IMG/VR virus record: IMGVR_UViG_3300028586_000058
Location: 1 to 32,444 of that record
DNA from: a virus
Lineage: Duplodnaviria; Caudoviricetes
Length of the DNA stretch: 32,444 nucleotides
Strand: one strand, 5' to 3'
Made by a program: the position numbers and the translations under genes
Shown here: positions 9,446 to 17,684 of the stretch, piece by piece
Numbering within the stretch: the first letter of the stretch is position 1
Layout: each line of letters starts with the position of its first letter
Notes under the pieces: model-generated
What the model was told of the DNA's origin: nothing
Database searches by the model: none
What the model saw: only the letters and a program-made list of their open reading frames with translations

Positions 9446-9504
9446 ATGGTTCTGTCACGACTTGGAAAAGGCGAGCGGCGCAAGCTGTACCCGACGCCGG
9501 CACA
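9446..9504 (-). promoter_or_regulatory. Third Ogr-type late promoter, leftward
   Basis: TGTACCCGACGCCGGCACA (9486-9504) is 16/19 identical to the other two boxes; minus-strand AACCAT at 9446-9451 lies 44-49 bp from the box centre, as for pO and pV. Confidence 0.6.
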
Positions 9505-9513
9505 TCAGGCGAC

Positions 9514-9648
9514 TGTCTAACAAACCACGGTTTTTTAGACACATGACAAAAAGGGGCGCGCAGCCCCTTTTTCTTGCTTGAAACTGTCCAATAACCCTGT
9601 ATAGTTTTCTATGCAAAACAAACCCCCTGTCAATTTGATTCTTATACA
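9514..9648. promoter_or_regulatory. res-like site for the serine resolvase (site I plus accessory sites II/III)
   Basis: 28-bp dyad TGTCTAACAAACC-AC-GGTTTTTTAGACA (9514-9541; 12/13 arm match, 2-bp core); weaker TGTC-initiated dyads at 9585-9615 and 9628-9648; upstream of the operon ending in the resolvase. Confidence 0.65.
9548..9575. terminator. Bidirectional intrinsic terminator (probable end of tail operon)
   Basis: AAAAAGGGGC-GCGCA-GCCCCTTTTT perfect inverted repeat with A/T tracts. Confidence 0.75.
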
Positions 9649-9662
9649 TAAGGAATATCGAA

Positions 9663-10178
9663 ATGCCAACGTCCATAGGGAATATCAGTTTCGGCGGCCG
9701 CAACCTGAGCGATGAGGAAGCCGCGCGCGTGGCGGCCAGGTTCGCCGAGGAACGACGCAAGCAGGACGAGCGCACCGCCCGCCTGCCGGAAATCCGGACC
9801 AAGGGCGAGGCCGCGCTGCGCCGGCTGCTGCCGATCGCCCAGGGCAACACCGGGCAATGCCGGCATGTGGCCGCTTTCCTCCTGGGCCTGTACAACGGGA
9901 CGCGGTTCCCGTTCGACCTGACCGACCTCCGATGCGTGGACGGCGAGATTTTCGACGACTGCATGGCCGTGCTGCAGATGGACGCCCAGCCCGCCAAAGA
10001 GGTGCACACCTACTTTGAAAACGGCGGCCAGGTATTTGAGCAACTGGCGATCGACTGGCGTGTTCCTGACCGCATGAAGCTGCGCGAAGTGATCCGATGG
10101 ACCGATTTACCCTTAAAAGGGTGCGACGACGACCTGCGCGAGATTCGCCAGGAGTACCTGGACAGCGAGAGGATTTGA
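9663..10178 (+). CDS. Conserved hypothetical protein (plasmid/ICE-type family)
   Basis: AAGGA RBS; TGQCRHVAAFLLGLYNG.RFPFDLTDLR..D..IFDDC motif that I recall from plasmid-borne hypotheticals; function unknown. Confidence 0.75.
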   Translation: MPTSIGNISFGGRNLSDEEAARVAARFAEERRKQDERTARLPEIRTKGEAALRRLLPIAQGNTGQCRHVAAFLLGLYNGTRFPFDLTDLRCVDGEIFDDCMAVLQMDAQPAKEVHTYFENGGQVFEQLAIDWRVPDRMKLREVIRWTDLPLKGCDDDLREIRQEYLDSERI

Positions 10179-10648
10179 TGAACAAAGCTGTATTCATGAT
10201 GCCGCGCCGCTTCGGCAAAATCGCTATAGGGCGCGCGCTGCGCGCCACCGGCGACGACGAGCTGACGCCCGAGCAGTACCGGGCGCTGTTCTATGGCGAG
10301 TTCTCGATAGAGGCCAAGGACCGCGAACTGGTGGACCTGGCCGAGGAATACGACCGCCGCACCGAACTGTACGACCGCACGGTCTGCACTGGCCCGATCG
10401 GGCCGGATGGCATCATGCCGGCGACCCACGCCGAGCTGGCGGCGATCAACCGCCACGCGCACCAGGTGCGGCGCGAGCTGGTCGACCGTGCGGTGCGCGC
10501 CGGCTTTACCGAGGCGCAGTTTAAGGAAGCGATGATGCACCAGGCACGCCGCGCCCCCTCGGCCATAGCAGCACAAGCCGCGCGCCAGGATCGGCCGGCC
10601 GCCTGGTTCATGGACGAGTATTCCCAGGTCGAGAAAGGGGGCGAGTGA
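10178..10648 (+). CDS. Hypothetical protein, 156 aa
   Basis: TGATG coupling on both sides; GAGG RBS; genome-typical codon usage. Confidence 0.75.
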   Translation: MNKAVFMMPRRFGKIAIGRALRATGDDELTPEQYRALFYGEFSIEAKDRELVDLAEEYDRRTELYDRTVCTGPIGPDGIMPATHAELAAINRHAHQVRRELVDRAVRAGFTEAQFKEAMMHQARRAPSAIAAQAARQDRPAAWFMDEYSQVEKGGE

Positions 10649-11298
10649 TGCGACACCCCTCGGCAACGACCAATCTCGACCTCATCACCGGCGGCCTGCT
10701 GATCGGCTACGCCCGGGTTTCCACGGCCGACCAGAACCTGGACCTGCAGCAGGACGCGCTCGAGCGCGCCGGCTGCGGCGAGATTTACAAGGACAAGGCC
10801 AGCGGCCGCGCCAAGACCGGCCGGCCCGAGCTGGCAAACGCGCTGCGCGCGCTGCGCGCCGGCGACACCCTGGTCGTGTGGCGCCTGGACCGCCTGGGGC
10901 GATCGCTGGCCGACCTGGTGCAAATCATCAACGAGCTGGGAGAAAGAGGAATCGGCTTCAAGAGCCTGACCGAGCAGATAGACACCACGACCGCGCAAGG
11001 GCGCATGTTCCTGGGAGTGTTTGCGACGATGGCGCAGTACCAGCGTGACGTCATTAACGAGAACACGCGGGAAGGCTTGAAGGCAGCGCGAGCGCGCGGC
11101 CGGATGGGCGGGCGGCCGTCGAAGCTGGACGACCAGGCAGTGAGGGAAATCGAGGCGCTGTTGCGTGATCCGGCGATCACTGTAGGCGACGTGGCCACGC
11201 GCTACGGTGTCAGCCGGGCCACGATCTACAACGCCCTGGGCACCAAGAAGGAAAAGGCTACTGCACCGACCGCACCAGGGAATGGCAGTGGCCGATGA
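10648..11298 (+). CDS. Small serine recombinase (resolvase/invertase family)
   Basis: IGYARVST.DQNLDLQ catalytic motif, GDTLVVWRLDRLGRS, GRMGGRP arm and C-terminal HTH (VATRYGVSRATIY). Confidence 0.95.
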   Translation: MRHPSATTNLDLITGGLLIGYARVSTADQNLDLQQDALERAGCGEIYKDKASGRAKTGRPELANALRALRAGDTLVVWRLDRLGRSLADLVQIINELGERGIGFKSLTEQIDTTTAQGRMFLGVFATMAQYQRDVINENTREGLKAARARGRMGGRPSKLDDQAVREIEALLRDPAITVGDVATRYGVSRATIYNALGTKKEKATAPTAPGNGSGR

Positions 11299-11917
11299 TC
11301 TGCAGCCGGTCCCGATCGGCGGCCGGCACAACGTCAGCAGCATAGGCCGGGTTGTCGCACGATAGGCGCAACGACCCGTCCGCCATGTGCTGAATGCGCC
11401 GGAAGTGAACGCCGGCGCCGAAGCGCACCAGGTACACCCCATCAATCGCCCGCTGCTCGCAGTTCACCAGGACGACCTCATCCTCTGCCAGCATCGGCGC
11501 CATAGCATCCCCCGCCACGCGGACCACCATCACCTGGCCGGCCGACAAGCGCTGCAGCTCGAGCCACTGCGCCGGAAGGCGCCAGGAGTCGGCCGCAATC
11601 GTTTCACCCCAAACAGGCGCGCCGGCGTCGAAGAACGGTAACTCGACAAGGTGCGGAAACTCCGACGCCGGCGCCGCCGCCACGTCCCCGACCAGGCCGC
11701 TTTCCCCGCGGCCCAGGATGAGCCAATCAAGGCTGACGCCGCGCTCGGCGGCAAGTGCGACACATTCAGCATAGGGCGGCGTGCCCCTGTTTTTTATAAC
11801 GCTGACAAAACTCCGCGACCCGCCCAACGCTTCAGAGACTTGTTTGTCCTGCTGCACTCCAAGCACAGTTTTCATTCTGTCGATTATGTCTGTTACGAAG
11901 GCCTTATTTTGTTCCAT
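11258..11917 (-). CDS. cI: CI-like repressor (186/P2-type HTH plus degenerate S24 domain)
   Basis: N-terminal IIDRMK..LG..RGT.PY..C...A...GVSLDWLILG; C-terminal V.GDAM.P..FRRIQ..L.L.CDNPAY with catalytic Ser and Lys substituted. Confidence 0.85.
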   Translation of the reverse strand: MEQNKAFVTDIIDRMKTVLGVQQDKQVSEALGGSRSFVSVIKNRGTPPYAECVALAAERGVSLDWLILGRGESGLVGDVAAAPASEFPHLVELPFFDAGAPVWGETIAADSWRLPAQWLELQRLSAGQVMVVRVAGDAMAPMLAEDEVVLVNCEQRAIDGVYLVRFGAGVHFRRIQHMADGSLRLSCDNPAYAADVVPAADRDRLQIIGHCHSLVRSVQ

Positions 11918-12097
11918 TTTTTCGATCTAGTTTGCAAAACGTTGTCTGGAATTGCTGCGCGGAATCGGAGTAGAGCGTACAATTTACGTAGTGAAACGTC
12001 GGATTACAAAATGTTACGTTTATTGCTAGACAACACTACAGATTGAAGTTTCTAGACCGTCACGCCCTCCCGTTGCTACCAGTAAATTCCGAAAACA

Positions 12098-12113
12098 CTG
12101 TACGGATATACAG
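12098..12113. promoter_or_regulatory. LexA (SOS) box
   Basis: CTGTACGGATATACAG = CTGT-N8-ACAG; TAGAAT -10-like hexamer immediately follows (12114-12119). Confidence 0.8.
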
Positions 12114-12304
12114 TAGAATTTAGGCTCATACAGTGCTTCGGCCAAGTGCCAAAAGCAGGGGTGCGACAGGGGCAGCGGTTCGATTATCTAACGATCCGCA
12201 CTGATCGCCTAAGGAAACAACGTGACGGCATAGCAAGAAATGCCGCGAAGAAATGAAGGAACTGCCATCGGTTGTTCACTAGGGAACGTCAAGAGACTAC
12301 ACAA

Positions 12305-12583
12305 ATGAGCATGAGAATTACAATTCGTTGTCCGCATTGCGAATCGAAAGCTATAGCGCGCAAGAGCCATCAGCTTTCAGCCACAATGAGGGAAATAACA
12401 TACGTTTGTGTAGACCCTGAGTGCGGACATACCTACGTTGCGCAGCTTGAGATAGTTCGCACTCTTTCGCCGTCGGCTAAACCTAAAAAAGACATCCGGC
12501 TCCCAATTTCGCCAGTCACCCTGGCCTTGTTGACGGAACAGCTGGAGTTAATACCGCGTGATCGAGAAAGAACCTATGCATAA
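12305..12583 (+). CDS. ogr: Ogr/Delta-family zinc-finger late transcription activator
   Basis: CPHC...C...CGHTY...EIVRTLSPSA.P motif; start ATG 12305 or 12311. Confidence 0.92.
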   Translation: MSMRITIRCPHCESKAIARKSHQLSATMREITYVCVDPECGHTYVAQLEIVRTLSPSAKPKKDIRLPISPVTLALLTEQLELIPRDRERTYA

Positions 12584-12914
12584 TCCTATGTCCCCCTCCC
12601 CCCTGTACGCCCTGGCGATCGCCTTCCTGCAGCAGCACGAAGGCGAACACCTGAGCGCGCACCAGGATCGCCTTGTACAACGCTGCGCATATCACCTGGT
12701 CGACCGCGGCCAGGCGCCCTCCCTGGACATGGCCCGCGACGTGGCCCGCCAGGCCCTGGGCGAGCTGACGTCGCGCAGCTGCTCGGCATATATCAACCTT
12801 GACCTCACCACGAGTTACGCCCTGTTCATCAACGGCCCGGACGGTAGCAAGCAGTGCTACCCCCTCCCCGAGCTGCTGCGCGTGATTCGCCAGGCTGAGG
12901 CCGGCGCCCTGTAA
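12576..12914 (+). CDS. Hypothetical early protein
   Basis: Overlaps the ogr stop; sits between ogr and primase; genome-typical codon usage. Confidence 0.75.
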   Translation: MHNPMSPSPLYALAIAFLQQHEGEHLSAHQDRLVQRCAYHLVDRGQAPSLDMARDVARQALGELTSRSCSAYINLDLTTSYALFINGPDGSKQCYPLPELLRVIRQAEAGAL

Positions 12915-12988
12915 CTCCCACCACGGATTCACCCCGCCGCTACCCAGCGGCTATACCCCGTGGCGACGCCCGAACAAAAGGTTGATTT

Positions 12989-15766
12989 ATGGCTAATATT
13001 AACGAAGTGAAACGCCGGGTAGATCCGCGCCTCCATGACCTGGCAAGCCGGCTCGGCCTCAAGCAGGGATCAGGCGGCCCCGATGCCCTCTACCACTCCC
13101 CATTCCATCCGGATAAGAACCCCTCGATCTCGATCTACGTCGATCACCCGAAGCATGGGTGCGGCTGGAAGGACCACAGCGGTGACGATGGCGGCTCGAG
13201 CATTGACCTGGTGATGTTCGCCCGCGGCTGCACCGTGTCGGAGGCGATGAAGTTCCTGCATGAGGAATACGCGATCCCATTCGACAAGCCCGACCAGGCC
13301 GACAAACCCGAGGCCGAGAAAAAAGGCATGATCGACTACATCGCCGATCGGTGCATTGCCGTCCGCGACAAGGCGCGCGCCTACCTCGAGGGGCGCAAGA
13401 TCGGCGCCGGCGCGATCGACGCCGCCCTGAAAGCCAAGACCCTGGGATTCAACGAATGGACCAGCGCGACCAAGCCGGCCGGCACCATCGGGCATGGCGG
13501 CCCCGGCGTGGCCTTCATCGTGCGTGACCCGGGCACCGGCCAGGTTGTCGGCGTCGACGTCCGCTATGTGGATCCGGAACTCAACGGCGGCTGCAAGACG
13601 CAGACCCAGGGCGAGAAGGATGGCCACTACTGGACGGCCGACCCGCGCAAGCTCGAGAAGGCGCAGCGCGTCTATATTGTGGAAGCGGCGATCAACGCCC
13701 TGTCGATCGACACCTGCGACCTGCCGCGCACGGCCTCGATCGCAATCCGAGGCCTGTCGAACGCCTCGACGCTCGACCTGACCTTCCTCCGCGGGAAACA
13801 GGTTGTCATTTGCATGGACAACGACGCCCCCTTCCCTGAAGGCCACAAGCTCGCCGGCCGGCGCCCAGGTCCGGAGGCAGCGTGGATCCTGTACGAGCGC
13901 CTGACCGCGCTCAACATCGCCGCAGTCCTAGTCGACCAGGCCGACTGGATGGCCCCGGCCGGCGCCGGCCAGGCAGAGCAGCCGATCAATGACGTGAACG
14001 ACTACCTGCAGGCGCTCGGCGATCACGACCTGGCAAACGCCCTGGAAAACTACGAAACCTGGTTGATCGCCGGTATGCCTGGCGACACCTCGAGAAAGGG
14101 CCGGCCGCGCGTCTACCTGCCGGCGCACGACTATGCGCAATACTGGAAATACCGGCCGAACCTGGACTTTACGAAGTACATCGCCCGCATGAGCGAAAAC
14201 AGCGAAACCGGCGACGCCACCCCGATCTACCAGGACCTGTGCGGTTTTCGAATTGCCTCTCTGAGCCGGGTTTCCGTCGCCAGTTCCACGGCCACCATGA
14301 CCGGCGATCGGGACCACTCCCCGACAGTCTATTTTTCCGTGACTGTGCAGACCGCCCGCCACGGCGCCAAGCTGACCCGAAAAGTGCTGATGGACGACCA
14401 GCTGCACAACGCGAACCAGTGGACCAAGTTCGGCCCGATCTGGAAGCCGGCCGAGTTCTCGCGCATGGTCAATATCCTGGAGCGCACAGCCGACCTGGGC
14501 GCGCGCACTGCGGCGAACTTCGTCGGCCTGGCCTGGCTCGACGGCAAGCTGGCCGTCAACGAGGGCCCGGACTGCTATTTCACCGAGGCCGAAAAGCAGT
14601 GCCCGTACTACAACCTGACCTTCCCATCCGGCCCAGCTGCGAACGCCCGCAAGGTCATCAAGGCATACCAGGCCACGTACAAGAGCAACGCGGCCGCGAT
14701 CCCGCTTGTGTGGGCACTCGGCGGCCACATGAAGGCCTTCCTCGGATTCTGGCCCCATATCACCATGCAGGCCGACAAGGGCGCCGGCAAGTCCACCCTG
14801 ATTAAGCGCCTCGAGCGCTCCCTTGCTTTCAAGATGTATTCCGGCCAGAGCCTGTCGACTGACTTCCGGCTGATGACCAGTATCAGCTACACCAGCCACC
14901 CGATCGGCTGGGAAGAAATCAGCGCTCGCAGCAAAGAGATAATCGAAAAGGCAGTAGCGATCCTGCAAGAATCCTATCAGTACACAACCACCAAGCGCGG
15001 CTCCGAAATGACCGAATTCCTGCTGTGCGCGCCAGTGATACTCGCCGGCGAAGACGTGCCAGTTAAGAGCCTGACCGGCAAGGTAGTTCGCACCGACCTG
15101 ACCAGCAAGGCGAACGGCTTCATGGACGACAGCTTGCCCCACTTCCCGGTGCGCCAGTGGCTCGAGTTCCTGACCAGGCTCGACAAGGCCGCCGTGCTCG
15201 AGAAGTACAACGAGCTGCGCGACTACTGCCTCAAGAACAGCCGCGCGGGCGGCGACGACACCGGCGCAAAACGGATGGCAAGCAACTACGCGGCCGTGCT
15301 CCTGGCCTGGCGTTACCTGGCCGAGTTCGCCGGCGTCGATTACACCGAGGGCAACTTCGGCGCCGACCTCCTGACCGAGATGAACGCGCACATTTCCGAG
15401 ACCAGCAGCGACCGCTCGCCGTGGGTCTGGATCATGGAAACGGCGCTGTCGGAAATTGACGCCGGCCACTTCCAGCACCCGTACAAGTTCGACCATATCG
15501 ACAGCAAGGAATGCCTCCTGGTGCGGCCAGAACACATCATGGACCACATCTCGACCTCGCCGAGCCTCCGCGAGAAATGGAACTCCCTCCCGGTCAAAAC
15601 CGCCGGCGTGTTCAAGCGGCAGATGGCCTCGGCCGGCGTGCTGCTCAAGACCGACACAGAAATCGAGCGCACGATCCGGGCGAAGCGCATTCGGCACCTG
15701 TCGGCGATCTCGATCGCCGAGCTGAACAAATTCGGCCTGTCGGTAGGCTGGACCCGCGTAGACTGA
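12989..15766 (+). CDS. Primase-helicase replication protein (degenerate CHC2-like finger, TOPRIM, P-loop)
   Basis: HSPFHPDKNPS N-terminus; TOPRIM VYIVEAAINALS..ICMDND..NDVNDYL; Walker A QADKGAGKST. Confidence 0.88.
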   Translation: MANINEVKRRVDPRLHDLASRLGLKQGSGGPDALYHSPFHPDKNPSISIYVDHPKHGCGWKDHSGDDGGSSIDLVMFARGCTVSEAMKFLHEEYAIPFDKPDQADKPEAEKKGMIDYIADRCIAVRDKARAYLEGRKIGAGAIDAALKAKTLGFNEWTSATKPAGTIGHGGPGVAFIVRDPGTGQVVGVDVRYVDPELNGGCKTQTQGEKDGHYWTADPRKLEKAQRVYIVEAAINALSIDTCDLPRTASIAIRGLSNASTLDLTFLRGKQVVICMDNDAPFPEGHKLAGRRPGPEAAWILYERLTALNIAAVLVDQADWMAPAGAGQAEQPINDVNDYLQALGDHDLANALENYETWLIAGMPGDTSRKGRPRVYLPAHDYAQYWKYRPNLDFTKYIARMSENSETGDATPIYQDLCGFRIASLSRVSVASSTATMTGDRDHSPTVYFSVTVQTARHGAKLTRKVLMDDQLHNANQWTKFGPIWKPAEFSRMVNILERTADLGARTAANFVGLAWLDGKLAVNEGPDCYFTEAEKQCPYYNLTFPSGPAANARKVIKAYQATYKSNAAAIPLVWALGGHMKAFLGFWPHITMQADKGAGKSTLIKRLERSLAFKMYSGQSLSTDFRLMTSISYTSHPIGWEEISARSKEIIEKAVAILQESYQYTTTKRGSEMTEFLLCAPVILAGEDVPVKSLTGKVVRTDLTSKANGFMDDSLPHFPVRQWLEFLTRLDKAAVLEKYNELRDYCLKNSRAGGDDTGAKRMASNYAAVLLAWRYLAEFAGVDYTEGNFGADLLTEMNAHISETSSDRSPWVWIMETALSEIDAGHFQHPYKFDHIDSKECLLVRPEHIMDHISTSPSLREKWNSLPVKTAGVFKRQMASAGVLLKTDTEIERTIRAKRIRHLSAISIAELNKFGLSVGWTRVD

Positions 15767-15922
15767 GAAGGAAAATTATTGCAGTGCGGCAGACGCGCGG
15801 CTGCAGTTTTTGGGGATAATACGCGGGCCGCGTTGCGCGGCCCTCCCCTTTACCGAATATCGTCACCAGGCGCGCCTGGTGGCTCCCGGACAGTCGTTTA
15901 TAGGGCGGCTGTGATCACCTTT

Positions 15923-15946
15923 GGCCGCCTCGTGCGGCCTTTTTTT
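15923..15946 (+). terminator. Intrinsic terminator of the ogr-primase operon
   Basis: GGCCGC-CTCGT-GCGGCC followed by T7. Confidence 0.8.
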
Positions 15947-16256
15947 ATCCCCCGTTCTGTTCAATGAACTTGGTCACGGCCAGGGCGATGAAGGCTGGCC
16001 GACTGAGGCCACCCATACGCGCCCGGGCTGCATCCAGCTTGGCGATCATATCGGCCTGCAGGGTCAAGCTGATGGGTTCCTTGCGGCCGCGGCGCGCGAT
16101 CGTTGGAACAGGATCCGCAACTGCAGGCGCCGGCGCCGGTGCAGCTGCAGGCGGCCGCACATCGGGCGCGCCGCTGACGAAGCGGTCCAGCTGGTCATCG
16201 CTGACCTTGTTTGTAGCCAGGGATGGCTTGCCTACGATTTTGCTATTTCCACTCAT
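15945..16256 (-). CDS. ParA partner (ParG-like ribbon-helix-helix centromere-binding protein)
   Basis: Directly downstream of parA; DRFVSGAPD N-terminal tail, Pro/Ala linker, RHH-like C-terminus KEPISLTL..DMIAKLD..A...GLSRPAFI..AV. Confidence 0.75.
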   Translation of the reverse strand: MSGNSKIVGKPSLATNKVSDDQLDRFVSGAPDVRPPAAAPAPAPAVADPVPTIARRGRKEPISLTLQADMIAKLDAARARMGGLSRPAFIALAVTKFIEQNGG

Positions 16257-16307
16257 GTTGATACCTTTTTGGTAGTGTCCTGATTGCAGATTGCTATCAA
16301 CCTGCCG

Positions 16308-16970
16308 TTAAGCTGATGGAATGGCCTCGACCGCTGTTATGTACTCAAGCAGGGCGGCGACTTCGGCGCGCAGCGGCGCGTCGGCTGCCTTGAATTCGCT
16401 GACGTTCAGGCCGCGCGCGCTGGCGTGGGATAGGGCCTTACGATCGCCGATCGCCATCGGTGCAACCTGATACCCAAACGCGGCCACGTCCGCGATCGCC
16501 TGTTTATTGTCCGCATCCTGGTGCGCCGGATCGGCCTTGTTCAGGAACGCAATGACCTTGAAGTCGCGCATGGCTTGAATCTCCCGCACCAGGTTGTCCA
16601 TGTTCTCGAAAGCCCACACGTCGAAGGTACGCGGCACGAACGGGATCACCAGGACATCGCAAACCGTCAGCGCAGCGCGCAGCGCGCCGTTGTCCTTGGC
16701 GCCTACGTCGATCACCACGTCATCGTACAAACCGGCCTGCAGCTTGACCTGCTGCCGCATCGTCGGACCGTCCGACAGCTCGCACGCGGGAATCCCTGGA
16801 AAATCGTTGTTCGCCCTGACCGTGAGGGCCAGCAGCATGGAAGTCTGATCGGAGTCACCGTCGACGGCCCACACGCGCCGCCCCTTGAGTGCCAGGCCGG
16901 TAGCCAATTGCACAGCCGTGGTCGACTTGCCGACACCGCCCTTTTTCGCTGCTACTGCATAGATCGTCAT
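16308..16970 (-). CDS. parA: ParA/ParF-type partition ATPase (type Ib)
   Basis: Deviant Walker A KGGVGKST, VDGD.DQ.S, YDDVVIDVG; no N-terminal HTH. Confidence 0.93.
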   Translation of the reverse strand: MTIYAVAAKKGGVGKSTTAVQLATGLALKGRRVWAVDGDSDQTSMLLALTVRANNDFPGIPACELSDGPTMRQQVKLQAGLYDDVVIDVGAKDNGALRAALTVCDVLVIPFVPRTFDVWAFENMDNLVREIQAMRDFKVIAFLNKADPAHQDADNKQAIADVAAFGYQVAPMAIGDRKALSHASARGLNVSEFKAADAPLRAEVAALLEYITAVEAIPSA

Positions 16971-17011
16971 ATTGATTCCCTAGTAAGTTAATGCTGACTT
17001 GATTAGATTTT

Positions 17012-17039
17012 ACCATTCACTTGATATCAAGTGAATGGT
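17012..17039. repeat. Perfect 28-bp palindrome upstream of parA (candidate parS/operator)
   Basis: ACCATTCACTTGAT|ATCAAGTGAATGGT; core TTGATATCAA recurs at 17735-17744 with variants at 16291-16300 and 17796-17805. Confidence 0.65.
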
Positions 17040-17053
17040 GACATTGCCGACTG

Positions 17054-17401
17054 TTACGAGTTCTCGATCAGGAGGGCCAGCAGCTCGCGTTGGTTCGCCA
17101 GGGCAGTGGCGATCGCGTGCCGTACATGCACAACCTCGCCCTGGGCATCGTTGCCGTTTCGCACCTGGCGCGCGATCCGCGCCGCATCGTCAAGCGTGAA
17201 GCGCGTCGCCAGCTGGGGCGACGCCGGCCGCGGGTTCAGTGGCTCGACCTCCACCAGGTCGAACGCCAAGCACAGGCCCTCGATGCGGATCACGTAGGGC
17301 TGCAGCAGCGTGGCGTCGGCCAGGCCCTCGAGGGCCATCTCATACCCGGTGATGGCGGCGCGGGTTTGTTCCAGCATGTTGTTCCAGTCTGTCATGTTCA
17401 T
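17054..17401 (-). CDS. Hypothetical protein, 115 aa
   Basis: ATG 17401 preceded by AGGGA; co-oriented with parA. Confidence 0.7.
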   Translation of the reverse strand: MNMTDWNNMLEQTRAAITGYEMALEGLADATLLQPYVIRIEGLCLAFDLVEVEPLNPRPASPQLATRFTLDDAARIARQVRNGNDAQGEVVHVRHAIATALANQRELLALLIENS

Positions 17402-17441
17402 TTGTTCCCTAATGTATTTATTCGCCGGCTGGCGAGGTTCG

Positions 17442-17684
17442 TTATGAGCTTTGAAGCAAGGTGGCCAGCTGGGCCAGGCGCGGCGTCGCCGGCAGCGAGC
17501 GGAGGTGGGCCAGGGCCGCTTTCTCACACTCGGGCAAGGTGTCGGCCTGGCCGGCCGCCTTGCCGCGCACCCACACAAACGGGTTCGGTTCGTCGGCGAC
17601 GACCGAGCGCCGGATCTCAAACTCTGCCGCCACTGTCGGATGCAGTGGGGTGATGCGGACATACGCCTTCGGCACGATGCACAT
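17442..17684 (-). CDS. Hypothetical protein, 80 aa
   Basis: ATG 17684 preceded by GGAAGGGA; AT-rich promoter region with TTGATATCAA sites upstream. Confidence 0.6.
   Translation of the reverse strand: MCIVPKAYVRITPLHPTVAAEFEIRRSVVADEPNPFVWVRGKAAGQADTLPECEKAALAHLRSLPATPRLAQLATLLQSS

Noticed and set aside
9597-9612. Second SOS box CTGTATAGTTTTCTAT
   Set aside because: Right half lacks CAG and it lies inside the putative res site II
11939-12019. ACGT-centred repeats as CI operators
   Set aside because: Four copies (11939, 11986, 11996, 12016) share only a 4-5 bp core; too weak to call from sequence alone
17012-17039. telRL-like site of a linear N15-type phage-plasmid
   Set aside because: No protelomerase gene found; the palindrome is short and its core recurs at par-associated promoters
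15945-17684. Type II toxin-antitoxin addiction module
   Set aside because: The RHH gene pairs with parA, and no neighbouring ORF shows a toxin motif I can recognise; cannot be fully excluded without HMM searches
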